Below, one piece after another: positions 26,937 through 37,187 of a stretch of DNA of 64,000 nucleotides. Under the pieces are notes generated by a model. That model was not told where the DNA came from, searched no databases, and saw only the letters and a program-made list of their open reading frames with translations. Source of the stretch: Thermodesulfobacteriota bacterium. Lineage in GTDB: Bacteria; Desulfobacterota; Desulfarculia; JACQYL01. The stretch covers positions 4,064,001 through 4,128,000 of the forward strand of contig CAXXLZ010000002.1 in the NCBI GenBank assembly GCA_963675595.2, given 5' to 3'. The number at the start of each line of letters is the position of its first letter. Position 1 is the first letter of the stretch. Made by a program: the position numbers and the translations under genes.

Positions 26937-27385
26937 GGAGTACACGGCTCCGCTTCAGCGGTCATTGCCGGTCTTTCGACCGCATCGAGAAAAGATTCAA
27001 CAGCAATTGAATTGGGACAGATCACGCGAATGCCAAGACGTTCATAAACCTCTTTTCGTTTAGGATCATAGACTTGGGCCAAGACCAGGGGAACCGAGAA
27101 CACGCGTTCCGCTACTTGAGCCACCATGAGGTTTACATTGTCCTCTTGCGTGGTCGCGATGCATACGTCCGCTTGGTGCAATTTGGCCTGTTTGAGCACC
27201 GAAAGCTCCGTGGCGTTCCCCTCGATTCGGAATCCTCCGAACTCGGCCGTCAGGCCGTCGAAAGCTTGTTCCCGTCTGTCGATGACCACCACGCTGTGTC
27301 CGTTTCCGCTCAGCCGGTTGGCGACACGCGATCCAATCCGTCCACAGCCTACCACAACCACGTAAAGGGCTTCCGATTTTACCAT
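26933..27385 (-). CDS. TrkA N-terminal (NAD-binding) domain-only protein
   Basis: VVGCGRIG, EGNATE, EDNVNLM. Confidence 0.85.
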   Translation of the reverse strand: MVKSEALYVVVVGCGRIGSRVANRLSGNGHSVVVIDRREQAFDGLTAEFGGFRIEGNATELSVLKQAKLHQADVCIATTQEDNVNLMVAQVAERVFSVPLVLAQVYDPKRKEVYERLGIRVICPNSIAVESFLDAVERPAMTAEAEPCTP

Positions 27386-27678
27386 GCCGAAACACCGCTC
27401 CGCCCGGGAATCGCACGCTGGGCCTGCCATAGTGCAGGTTCACTTCAGAATTGTCCGGCAAGACTCGCGGGTCGGATCAATTTCCGGTACGAATCGGCAA
27501 GGGTTCCAACTCCTGTGCGCGATTCCCACGAGTCTCCACGAGTACTCCAAGGAGGTTATATGCCTCGGTCTTTCCCGGATCAAGTCCCGCAGCGTGAGGG
27601 GGCGGGAAAGGGCGGTGGACGCCCCCGAATGAGCACCGCTCTCCACAGGATCGAAACAACGAGTCGTCCTGAGGCTGG

Positions 27679-28245
27679 TTATTTCTTCTTGAAAATGGCA
27701 CGCCATCCGGTTGGCGGGGACATCATGGGACGATAAATCTTACTCACATCCCCGGCGCTTTCCGTGATGTAAAAGGCATCGGGTTCCACTTTTCGAACGA
27801 CGGACAAAATGGTCTTCAAGTCTCGTCTCCGACAAACGACGTAGAGCTGTTTCACCGGACCGGACAGACCTTCCCCCTGGAAGGAGGTGACTGCGAAGCC
27901 TGCGGTGCGGATTTCCTCCGCCAGACGGTTACCGGGTTTCGTGCTCACAATTCGCAAAATGGTGGCGCCCATGGCTACGCGGCGTTCGATCATGATCCCC
28001 ACCACATTGCCCGTGGAGAATCCGAGAGCGTAGAAGACACCCAGGATGGGCTGGGACTGGATCTTCTGGATCACCGTCGTAATTACCGATAGCCAGATGC
28101 TGATTTCGACGAATCCCAAGAAGAACGCCGCCTTGGTTCGGCCGTGTACGATGCTGATGGTGCGCAGCGTGCCCAGAGTGACGTCTACGACACGCGCCGC
28201 GAAGATTCCGAAAGCAATAAGTGCGGTTCCCAGATAAGTTTCCAT
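27679..28245 (-). CDS. UPF0316/DUF2179-type membrane protein
   Basis: ARVVDVTLGTLRTI, GFVEISIW, YALGFSTGNVVG, C-terminal ACT-like domain with PDAFY. Confidence 0.8.
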   Translation of the reverse strand: METYLGTALIAFGIFAARVVDVTLGTLRTISIVHGRTKAAFFLGFVEISIWLSVITTVIQKIQSQPILGVFYALGFSTGNVVGIMIERRVAMGATILRIVSTKPGNRLAEEIRTAGFAVTSFQGEGLSGPVKQLYVVCRRRDLKTILSVVRKVEPDAFYITESAGDVSKIYRPMMSPPTGWRAIFKKK

Positions 28246-28336
28246 GTCGGCAATCCGTACCAAGGCTTTTGTCGGGGATCAAGCCGTGCTTCGGCGGACA
28301 TCGAATCGCGGTATGCTTGTTCCGAAGGACTCGTGC

Positions 28337-28915
28337 CTAAGCACGGGATTTGGGACGCGGTTTGCCTACGGGAGAAGCACCGTCGGAAGGCGTCGCGACC
28401 TTGTGAAGCAGTAATGCCTCTTTCCGCTTTCGGGATCTCCCTCTGCGCAGCGTGGAGATGAACAGCAGGAGTCCAACGAGTTCCGGGAGCAGGACCGAGA
28501 GCGCAAAGCTCTCAGGCTCGTGATCCAACCGCCACAGCCAATTTTCGATGGGGCCGGTGAAGACGCGTTCGGGAACGTCGAATCCAAATCCCAAGAGGGG
28601 CCAGAACAGAGTCCTGGGTTGCGTGAACATCCAGTCGAGAACCAAATGTCCCGGAGTGGCCAAGGCCCACGGCCAAAATACGCGGAGCCGGGTTGCGCAT
28701 ACACCGCACCATGCCAGGCTGAAAAGAAGCGTGTGGCCCCAGAGTCGACCGGAAGGTTCCGAAGTCCAGCCCAGAAAACGGATGGGTTTGTCCAGGAGAT
28801 CGGGCAATACGGCGCAGAAAGCCACGCAGGCCATGGCGCGGAACGTCTCGCCGTTTACCGGGAGATATCGTTCGGCGGTCGCGACGCTGATCCCCACATG
28901 TCCGAAAAGGAGCAT
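28337..28915 (-). CDS. YdjM-like membrane metal-dependent hydrolase
   Basis: GH...LPDLLDK...HT...HLVLD...WP motif set. Confidence 0.78.
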   Translation of the reverse strand: MLLFGHVGISVATAERYLPVNGETFRAMACVAFCAVLPDLLDKPIRFLGWTSEPSGRLWGHTLLFSLAWCGVCATRLRVFWPWALATPGHLVLDWMFTQPRTLFWPLLGFGFDVPERVFTGPIENWLWRLDHEPESFALSVLLPELVGLLLFISTLRRGRSRKRKEALLLHKVATPSDGASPVGKPRPKSRA

Positions 28916-28961
28916 AGGGTCGCCTCTCTATCGCTTCCGAGTCATCAGCTCTCTCCGAGCG

Positions 28962-29312
28962 TCAGTTCACCTTGTCATGAGACACTCGCATGGATCTGCT
29001 TTCGATCTCGGCGGCCTTTTCGTTGAGCCAGCGTGCCAAAGAGCGGGCCACGCCGGGGGTCAGGTAGAGACCGAAAAACACCCTGCGGTGAATGGCGTCC
29101 TTGCCTTCCTGAGCCAGCAATTCTCCCAGTGTGCCGTCGGGATTGACCCTGAAGCGGTGTTTCTCCGGAATCCCGGCTCGCTCGTGGTAGACATTGGCCA
29201 GAACCATTCCTTCGGCCGTAACGCCGCCGACGGCTCCGCTGATGGGAATCACTTCGTAATCCGGGGAAAGGTCGTATTCGAAAGTCACGCTGTTTGACAT
29301 AATTTCGGCCAT
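28962..29312 (-). CDS. Hypothetical protein
   Basis: GGAG SD before ATG 29312; protein-like SPDY...GAVGG...ER.GIP...LARWL. Confidence 0.6.
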   Translation of the reverse strand: MAEIMSNSVTFEYDLSPDYEVIPISGAVGGVTAEGMVLANVYHERAGIPEKHRFRVNPDGTLGELLAQEGKDAIHRRVFFGLYLTPGVARSLARWLNEKAAEIESRSMRVSHDKVN

Positions 29313-30475
29313 GGCATGCTCCAAATGTATCCGAGGTTGGGGACTTGTTTCCGGTTGGCGGCACATTGATCGTTTGTTCCGAAGGAACGTTTAAGAACTC
29401 GTGGCGCTTCCTCTCCCCCGGCCGCTGAAGAAAGCCGCAGGGGGCACAAATCGTCGTGCTCGATGCGGGAGACGAATAGTGAAGGACCCGGCAGCGAGGA
29501 ATGCATGCGACGAATCGATCGGAGTTTCCTTGATCCCTCGAAAAAGTACAAGAGGTTTCTCGTCCGAAGTCTTGGGGCGGTCACGCTTACTTGGACTCCG
29601 AGGACGTGCGCACCGGCATGCACGCCCGCGTCGCACACAGGCGGAAGTTTTTCGAATCAGCGGTTATTCGCCCTTTGATCATGCCGAACGTACTCCGCGG
29701 AGGCTGCTGTTGCGGGCATAATGCGCCGGGGAAAGGGGGAATGCATTCTCGGGACCGCCTGGAAAAGGCATTCGGCAACATTGTTGAAGGTTGTCCGACA
29801 AAATCTGCGCAGGTCGAGTTTTGTGGTCGCCTGATCCCGGTGAGGTTACCGGCATCCCAAGGCTAGTAGTGCTCCGCAGGTCCGGAACTTACGAAGTGGG
29901 GGGCCGAGCTCTTTTTGATAAGGGCATTCAGCGGTACGGCCGATGAGCATAATTGAAAGACCGACCACCGGGACCTCCGTGGATTGAACTTTCCATGTTT
30001 GCGCTCTATAGTTGTTTACTGAAGGAAGTTTCGTGTCATTCGGCAAACGCTTCATAACTGTATTTCGGGGGTGGTTCTAAACACATAGGTGCGGCGAGTA
30101 TCTCTTTTGATTCCTAATCGATATCCCATGACGAATATTATTGAAACTAAAAAGTCGTCTTTATTATGGATCGGAAAATACTCAGGTGCAAAGTCGGAAA
30201 GAGGCGACTTAATCGGATGAAAATCGTGCTCTCCTTTGCTTGGCCGCCTTTCAAAGCGGCTTCCATGACCTTCGGCGTGTTCACGGCGCAGGAAACGGGA
30301 TAAAATGCCTGTACGTCGAATACCCTACCGGCGTGTCGACAGACCGTGACTCTCGCCCATACTCGCGGCAATTTATTTCGGCTAAAACGACGAGCGGAGG
30401 CTCGTCGATCCTCAGGGGCCCCTTCGCCCCTACCCGAATCAATCGTCTGCTAACTTCCATGGAGCCTACCGGGCC

Positions 30476-33319
30476 GTGACGGATACTCTAAATCGGATAG
30501 AAGCGGAGCAGATCAAGGTCATCTACTCCCAGAGTGGAACGGCCATTGTCGGCAACCTTTTGTCGAGCACGTTGTTGGGCTTGATTCAATGGGGCGTCGT
30601 CGACACTTTTACGATCGTAGCTTGGGTCGCCTGCGTCTACATTGTCACCATTGCCAGATTGTCCCTCTACCTCCTGTATCGGCGGGTTGCTCCACCGGAG
30701 AGGTCGATCGGGATTTGGGGCCGGTGGTATCTGGCGTTGCTGCTCCTGAGCGGATGCGTTTGGGGTGTGTCCAGTTTGATACTGTTCCCCTCGCAATCGC
30801 CTTTGAACAGTGTCTTGATGGTCATGTGGTTCATAGGCATCGGCAGCGCCGGAGGCATCAGTGCGTATTTGGTCTACATGCCGGCCCTGTTGGTGCATTT
30901 CATTCCGGTAGTCCTTCCCGGCGCGGTAAGGCTGTTTGTTATCGGGGACCGTTTTCATTCCGCCATCGGCGCCGCGGTGATCATGTACTGTTTCGTCCTG
31001 CTTTCGGCATCTCGGCGTATCAACAGGTCAATGGTCAAAGCGATCAAGACCAATCTGGAGCTGCAGATCGAGATTGCGGAACGGGCAAAGGCCGAACAGG
31101 CCATGGCGGAGAGTCACCGCCGGCTTGAGCTGATCACCGACAATATTCCGGCCTGCATCGCTCAAGTCGACGCGACGGAATTGAAATACCAATTCGTCAA
31201 CCGCCGACATCTGGAAAGAATGGGCCGTTCTCGATCCGAAGTCATTGGGAAACATGTCGCCGAAATTCTCGGACCGGCGAAGTTTGAATTCGCCAAGCCT
31301 TACATCGACAAAGCTCTGTCCGGCTCCCCCGCTTCTTATGTCAACCGGTTTATGCTTCAAGGAGAACCAAGCTGGGTCAACGTCAATTACGTGCCCAATG
31401 TCGATGAGTCGGGAAGCGTGCGGGGTATCGTGGTGTTGACGCACGACATCACGGAGACCAAAAAAATCGAGGAGGCCCTCAGGCAAAGCGAAAACGATCT
31501 CAAGAAGCTGTACATGGAAGCCAATCAAGCGCGAGAGCTGTATCGCTCCTTGTTGGAGTCGACACCTGATTCCATCGTCATTTACGACATGCAAGGGCGG
31601 GTGACCTTTGTGAACGAAGCCTTTGTGCGGACGTTCGGCTGGCGACTGGATGAACTCGCCGGGGGCGTACCATACACGCCGGAGTCCGAACGCGAAGTCA
31701 CCTCGGCAAGAGTCAGGGATGTGGTGGAGTATGGGATACCTGTCAGTCACTTTGAAACGAAACGGCTGACCAAGGACGGCAGCTTGGTGGATGTCAGTAT
31801 CAGTGCCTCGAGGTTCTACGATCATGTGGGAAACTCCTCGGGGATGCTCGTTATCTTGAGAGACATGTCCTCCAACGTACGCATGCAGAAGCAGTTGGAG
31901 GAGGCCAAAAATGCGGCGGAGGCGGCGAGCAAGGCCAAGAGTACCTTTCTGGCCAATATGAGCCATGAGCTTCGCACGCCGCTCAATGTCATCCTCGGGT
32001 TTTCTCAATTAATGTCTAGGGCTCCTCGTCTTCCGGCCGAACAGCGGGCCAATCTCGAAACCATCAGTCGAAGCGGCGAGCATCTGCTCTCACTGATCAA
32101 CGATGTGCTGGAGTTTTCAAAAATTGAGGCGGGCAGATTGGAGCTTCATCTCGAGAACTTCGACCTAAACCATCTGATCCGAGAGCTTGATGAGATGTTT
32201 CGCTTACGTGCTCGAGAGAAAGGCCTCTACCTGGATATGGAGCTGGAAGCCCATGTGCCTCGTCACATTCGGGCGGATCAGAGAAAGCTCCGGCAGGTCC
32301 TTATCAACCTGCTCGGGAACGCCGTCAAGTTTACCGACGTGGGAGGAGTGACTCTCCGGGTGACCCGTGAGGCGGAACAAGACGGCCACGACGGTGTGCG
32401 GTTCGACGTGGCCGATACCGGGAGGGGCATCGGGGAGGATGAACAGTCCAAAGTATTCGAGTCCTTTTTTCAGGCGGGAGAGAAGCAAAGCGGCCGGCAG
32501 GGAACCGGGTTGGGACTTCCCATTAGCGAGAGATTTGTTCAAATGATGGGAGGACGTCTTACTCTGGAAAGCGAAGTCGGCAGGGGTACAAGGTTTTCAT
32601 TTTGTATTCCGGTGAAAGGATTGACCCCATCCGATGCCGTATCATCAAGAGAAACGTCCCGGGTGGTGGGATTGGAGGAGGGCCAACCCGAATTCCGACT
32701 CTTGGTGGTGGAAGACAATGACCATAGCCGTGTCCTCCTGGTCAGGTTGCTTCAAAGTGTGGGGTTTTCGGTGGAAGAGGCGCGAGACGGCCAAGAGGCG
32801 GTTGCGGTCTGGGAAAGGATGCAGCCTCATCTGATCTGGATGGACATGCGTATGCCGGTGATGGACGGATACGAAGCGACCAAGCGGATCAAGTCGTCGC
32901 CGGGAGGTGCCGACACGATCGTTATCGCTTTGACCGCAAGCGCTTTTGAGGAAGACCGAATGAAAGTCATGGCTCACGGCTGTGACGATTTCGTTCGAAA
33001 GCCTTTCAGAGAGCACGAGATCTTCGAGGTGCTGTCAAAACATCTGGGCGTGAAATTCATTTCGGAAACCAGGAGCGAAGGGGGGCGCGGCAAAGCCGCA
33101 GCGTCGGTCCAAGAGCTACGGCGTGCTCTTAACGATCTGTCCGAGGATCAGAGGAATGATCTGAGAACCGCCGCTTATGGGGTTGATTTTGATCATGCTT
33201 TGGCGGCCTTGGAAAGAATTCGATTCGACAACGGAGTCTTGGCGGATGCTTTGACGGACTTGGTGGTCGAATATCAGTTCGACATCTTACAAGAGTTGTT
33301 CGAGGGAGTGGACAGGTGA
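30476..33319 (+). CDS. Hybrid sensor kinase (TM region, 2 PAS, HisKA, HATPase, REC)
   Basis: FLANMSHELRTPL, NLLGNAVKFT, DTGRG, GTGLGL, WMDMRMP. Confidence 0.93.
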   Translation: MTDTLNRIEAEQIKVIYSQSGTAIVGNLLSSTLLGLIQWGVVDTFTIVAWVACVYIVTIARLSLYLLYRRVAPPERSIGIWGRWYLALLLLSGCVWGVSSLILFPSQSPLNSVLMVMWFIGIGSAGGISAYLVYMPALLVHFIPVVLPGAVRLFVIGDRFHSAIGAAVIMYCFVLLSASRRINRSMVKAIKTNLELQIEIAERAKAEQAMAESHRRLELITDNIPACIAQVDATELKYQFVNRRHLERMGRSRSEVIGKHVAEILGPAKFEFAKPYIDKALSGSPASYVNRFMLQGEPSWVNVNYVPNVDESGSVRGIVVLTHDITETKKIEEALRQSENDLKKLYMEANQARELYRSLLESTPDSIVIYDMQGRVTFVNEAFVRTFGWRLDELAGGVPYTPESEREVTSARVRDVVEYGIPVSHFETKRLTKDGSLVDVSISASRFYDHVGNSSGMLVILRDMSSNVRMQKQLEEAKNAAEAASKAKSTFLANMSHELRTPLNVILGFSQLMSRAPRLPAEQRANLETISRSGEHLLSLINDVLEFSKIEAGRLELHLENFDLNHLIRELDEMFRLRAREKGLYLDMELEAHVPRHIRADQRKLRQVLINLLGNAVKFTDVGGVTLRVTREAEQDGHDGVRFDVADTGRGIGEDEQSKVFESFFQAGEKQSGRQGTGLGLPISERFVQMMGGRLTLESEVGRGTRFSFCIPVKGLTPSDAVSSRETSRVVGLEEGQPEFRLLVVEDNDHSRVLLVRLLQSVGFSVEEARDGQEAVAVWERMQPHLIWMDMRMPVMDGYEATKRIKSSPGGADTIVIALTASAFEEDRMKVMAHGCDDFVRKPFREHEIFEVLSKHLGVKFISETRSEGGRGKAAASVQELRRALNDLSEDQRNDLRTAAYGVDFDHALAALERIRFDNGVLADALTDLVVEYQFDILQELFEGVDR

Positions 33320-34281
33320 TGGAAATCAAGCAGCCTCGTGAAAACATATTGATTGTCGATGATACTCCTGAGAATCTTACCGTATTACGTCAGATTCTGA
33401 CGGAACACGGCTATCGGGTGCGGCCCGCGCTTAGCGGAGAAATTGCCCTGAAAACCGCTCAGGCCGACCTGCCCGACCTCATCTTGTTGGATATTCTGAT
33501 GCCCGGGATGGACGGGTATGAAGTGTGTGGAAAGTTCAAAGCGGAGGAGCGGACCAGGGATATTCCCATCATTTTTATCAGCGCTCTCAATGAAATTGAG
33601 GACAAGATGAAGGCCTTCTCAGGGGGTGGCGTGGACTACATCTCCAAGCCTTTTCACGCGGAAGAAATCCTGGCCCGGGTCGGCACTCACCTGACTTTGC
33701 GCTCCCAGCAAAAGGCGTTGACCTTGCAGAATGAAGAACTGAGAGAAAAAAACGCCCTGATCAAAGAGCAGGCGGAAAAACTAAAAATGCTGGCCTCAAG
33801 AGATTTTCTCACCGGCCTGTCCAATCGCAGGGATTTTCTGGAAAAAGCGCATCAGGAAGAGAGACGCTACAAGAGGACTGAGAGAACTTTTGCCTTTATC
33901 CTGCTTGATATCGATCATTTCAAGGAGGTCAACGATACTCACGGACATGAATGCGGCGACGCGGTGCTTGTCGGAGTAGCGCGGTCTCTCGAGAAGGCGC
34001 TTCGTGGGCAGGATGTGGTCGCCCGCTGGGGCGGAGAGGAGTTCATCTGTCTTCTTCCGGAAACCGGTCTGGAGGGTGCCCGGAATGTTGCGGAGAAGAT
34101 AAGACGGTCTTCGGAAGCCGCCGTCCATAGATGCAACAGCAGGGAAATCTCGATAACCGTCACTCTGGGAGGGAGCGTCTACAACGGGGAATGCTCGATG
34201 GAAGAATGCATCGGTCGGGCGGACAGGGCTCTCTACAGAGGAAAACAACAAGGCCGCAATCGGGTCGAGTTCGAGAAATAA
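33316..34281 (+). CDS. REC-GGDEF diguanylate cyclase
   Basis: LLDILMP receiver, DIDHFK.VND..GH, I-site RGQD, GGEEF. Confidence 0.93.
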   Translation: MMEIKQPRENILIVDDTPENLTVLRQILTEHGYRVRPALSGEIALKTAQADLPDLILLDILMPGMDGYEVCGKFKAEERTRDIPIIFISALNEIEDKMKAFSGGGVDYISKPFHAEEILARVGTHLTLRSQQKALTLQNEELREKNALIKEQAEKLKMLASRDFLTGLSNRRDFLEKAHQEERRYKRTERTFAFILLDIDHFKEVNDTHGHECGDAVLVGVARSLEKALRGQDVVARWGGEEFICLLPETGLEGARNVAEKIRRSSEAAVHRCNSREISITVTLGGSVYNGECSMEECIGRADRALYRGKQQGRNRVEFEK

Positions 34282-34542
34282 CCGTGTTGACCGGCCGGCG
34301 AAGAGGGTGAGCCACATCAGGAAACGGCCTGCCGAAGAAGTCGATTTCATAGTGGATTCTCGAATCGCGGCAAATCTTGGACATACTCGTGCGGCAATGG
34401 TCTTAGTGACTTCTTTTTCGGCAAAGCATTTTGGTGTAAGTGGAGGCGCCGGAGGAGTCAGTTCGAACCTTTGGTGCATCTTGTCGGGGAAAAACCCACT
34501 GAATGAAACAGAATATTTCTTTGCTTGGTTGAGGAATGGATG

Positions 34543-36567
34543 ATGCACGGGCGCAACTCAATCTTTTTGGCGCGGGTCGCGGTTCTCTTGGCGATTTTCA
34601 TTACGGCCGCACCGGGCATGTCGGCAGGTGCGTCGCCGCAGTTGGGTGATAGTGATGTGCCGGCGCCGCCGTATGCGACCTCCGGCATTCCCGTCTCGGA
34701 ACAGAGCAACGATACCGAACCATCGCCATCGGTCGAGAAGACCGCGCGGGCGGAGGAGCAGGAGGAGTTGCTGGAACTGCTGGCGGTATTGGAGCAAGAG
34801 ACGGAGATCGCCACCAAGACGAGAATGAACAGCGACTACGTGCCTGGAATGGTCACCGTGCTTCACGGTGAGCAACTCGAAGCTCTGGGCGTTCATACGG
34901 TGGCGGAAGCCTTGACCATGGTGCCCGGTATCCAGTTATCACGTGTTTTTTCCGGAGAACCATCGGTCAAAATCCGGGGAATCGCCTTTCCGTTCAACTC
35001 CGGCAATATCAAGGTCATGCTCAATTCCATCGCACTGAGCCGTGAGAGTTCCGGGATCAATTCATCGGTTCTGCTGACCCCGGTGGCCCAGGTCGACAGG
35101 ATAGAAATTGTTCGAGGTCCCGGCTCGAGCCTTTACGGGGATTTCGCTCTGTCGGGCGTGGTGAATATTATCACGAAAAACGCGGGGGGCCGTGTGTTCG
35201 CCCGCGCCGGCAGTGATCACTCCAAAGGAGGTGGCGGTCACTACGCCTATCATGACGATGAGATTCCATTCGGCGTCGGCTTGAATGTCTCCTTGGTCGA
35301 TGACGGCGAGAACGCCGTCTCCTTGGAGAGGGACCCCGACGAACAACGATTTACGGGTGTTTTCAAACTGGATTACCGGGATTTTGCTTTTACGGCTGAA
35401 GGTGTCCGACGCAGTGTGGACTTGAGAAATAGGGACTCATCGGATGACGACAGGCCCGGTGCCCCTCGGACGACGACCTCTCAACGAGAGGAATCGTGGG
35501 CTATAGAAGGCCGGCAGACCATTGAGCTCGGGCGCTTCGCCGACATTGAGCCCTACATTACGTACCTGCGGAACGACCGGAATGCTGAAGTGCCTTTGAG
35601 CGAGTTCCGGGGAGACCGTGTGGAGGCGGGATTTGATGCGAACTGGTCGCCATGGACCTCTCACCAACTGCACTTCGGATTTTCATATACGTATTCCGAT
35701 ATCGATGATGCGGCCAATCGGGTGCCGGGAGACGCGCCCTTGGAAGTCTCAGGGGTCAATCGCAGGAATTTTTCCCTGAGCGTCCAGGATCAGGCGGCTC
35801 TAACGGACCGGTTCTCGTTGACTCTCGGACTTCGTTTCGACGACTACGACGACGTGGGCAACCTTCTGACACCGAGAATCGCAGGCGTGTATCGTCTTGG
35901 GGAACATCATGTAATCAAAGCTCAATATTCCGAGAGTTTTCGGGCTCCCACTTTCTGGGAGCTTTACGCCACCGGCCGAGCGAACGAAAACCTCGACTTC
36001 GAGGTGATCAAGACCACGGAATTGGCCTACGTGTATCGGCGGCCGAATGCCGTGGGCCGATTGACCCTCTACTACTCCAGAATTGACGATGGAATTTACA
36101 GAGATGCAGGCGGCGGTTACACCAACTCTGTTGGAATCGAGTCGAAGGGAATAGAAGTGGAATGGGAACAGCGACTCGGCGACGGATTTCGTTGGCTGGC
36201 CAATATTTCCTATGTCGATGCCCGGGACGGGCGCTCGGGACCGTCGGCCGACGACCAGAGCCTGGGAGTCGCCGACTGGCTCGGCAACCTTGTCTTTTTC
36301 CTGCAGCCTCTTCCCGAGTACATGGTGACCGGGCGTTTTCTGTATGTTGGGGACCGTCATACATTGGACGGCTGGATCGAAGGGTATGAGAGCCTTGATC
36401 TCACTGTTTCCCGTATGGACCTTTGGGTAAAGGGGCTCACGGCTCGAATCGGCGTCAAAGACCTGTTTGACCACACAATCAAGTACGTAACCAGTCGGCC
36501 CAACGGTTTGACGGAAGACGAATTCCCCGGCCGCACCTTTTGGCTCCAGGTATCGTACGATTTATAG
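34543..36567 (+). CDS. TonB-dependent receptor
   Basis: Signal peptide; plug DRIEIVRGPGSSLYG..ALSGVVNIITK; C-terminal GRTFWLQVSYDL. Confidence 0.9.
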   Translation: MHGRNSIFLARVAVLLAIFITAAPGMSAGASPQLGDSDVPAPPYATSGIPVSEQSNDTEPSPSVEKTARAEEQEELLELLAVLEQETEIATKTRMNSDYVPGMVTVLHGEQLEALGVHTVAEALTMVPGIQLSRVFSGEPSVKIRGIAFPFNSGNIKVMLNSIALSRESSGINSSVLLTPVAQVDRIEIVRGPGSSLYGDFALSGVVNIITKNAGGRVFARAGSDHSKGGGGHYAYHDDEIPFGVGLNVSLVDDGENAVSLERDPDEQRFTGVFKLDYRDFAFTAEGVRRSVDLRNRDSSDDDRPGAPRTTTSQREESWAIEGRQTIELGRFADIEPYITYLRNDRNAEVPLSEFRGDRVEAGFDANWSPWTSHQLHFGFSYTYSDIDDAANRVPGDAPLEVSGVNRRNFSLSVQDQAALTDRFSLTLGLRFDDYDDVGNLLTPRIAGVYRLGEHHVIKAQYSESFRAPTFWELYATGRANENLDFEVIKTTELAYVYRRPNAVGRLTLYYSRIDDGIYRDAGGGYTNSVGIESKGIEVEWEQRLGDGFRWLANISYVDARDGRSGPSADDQSLGVADWLGNLVFFLQPLPEYMVTGRFLYVGDRHTLDGWIEGYESLDLTVSRMDLWVKGLTARIGVKDLFDHTIKYVTSRPNGLTEDEFPGRTFWLQVSYDL

Positions 36568-36584
36568 TCAGGATTTCGGATTCC

Positions 36585-37187
36585 GTGACCCGTCTTAAAT
36601 TCATACAGCGAAGGCACCCTTGCGTGATCGCCGTTTGTGCGTTCATGCTTGCCGGCTTCGCTGTTTCGGCCGCCGGCCCTTCCCATTCAGGGGATTTTAC
36701 CGATCGAAGAATCACCACCGGCGCCAGGATCTTTCGTGCGCTTCTGGCGGCCGATGTGGACATTACCCGGAAGACCGGCAGGGACGGCAGCCTCAGGCTA
36801 TGTCTGCTTTATGTCGATGACACCGGCAATGCGGAGAAGGCTGCGGAAGTACTTCGGAACCGAGACGATTCCCGTATTCGAAAAATGAATGTGCGCGTAG
36901 AGATTATCCCATTTGCACGATTTGTCGCCAACGGGGCGACCGGATTTGCAGGCGTTTTTCTTACCCAGGCGTTAAGCGACGAGAAGCTCGGGAAACTTAT
37001 CGCTTACGCCAAAAAACACAAGATAGCGGTCTTTTCGCCCCTTGAGGGCGACGTGGAGCGGGGGGTGTTGGGCGGTATTGCGGTGGAAGCCCGGGTCCGC
37101 CCTTACCTCAACATGAAGGCCTTACATGATACGGGCGTCACATTGAAATCCTTCTTTGTGAGAGTGGCCAAACAGTATGAAAAATAA
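36585..37187 (+). CDS. YfiR/HmsC-like periplasmic protein
   Basis: Signal peptide; LRLCLL, GDVERGVLGGI..RVRPYLN..AL...L..FF.RVAK; located between TonB receptor and kinase. Confidence 0.7.
   Translation: MTRLKFIQRRHPCVIAVCAFMLAGFAVSAAGPSHSGDFTDRRITTGARIFRALLAADVDITRKTGRDGSLRLCLLYVDDTGNAEKAAEVLRNRDDSRIRKMNVRVEIIPFARFVANGATGFAGVFLTQALSDEKLGKLIAYAKKHKIAVFSPLEGDVERGVLGGIAVEARVRPYLNMKALHDTGVTLKSFFVRVAKQYEK

Noticed and set aside
24322-27678. c-di-AMP (ydaO) riboswitch upstream of the K+ genes
   Set aside because: The intergenic gaps 24322-24520 and 27386-27678 did not show the conserved ydaO segments by eye; a covariance search would be decisive.
29366-30475. Small ORFs or a gene remnant in the long intergenic region
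   Set aside because: No protein-like motifs or convincing SD; left unannotated.
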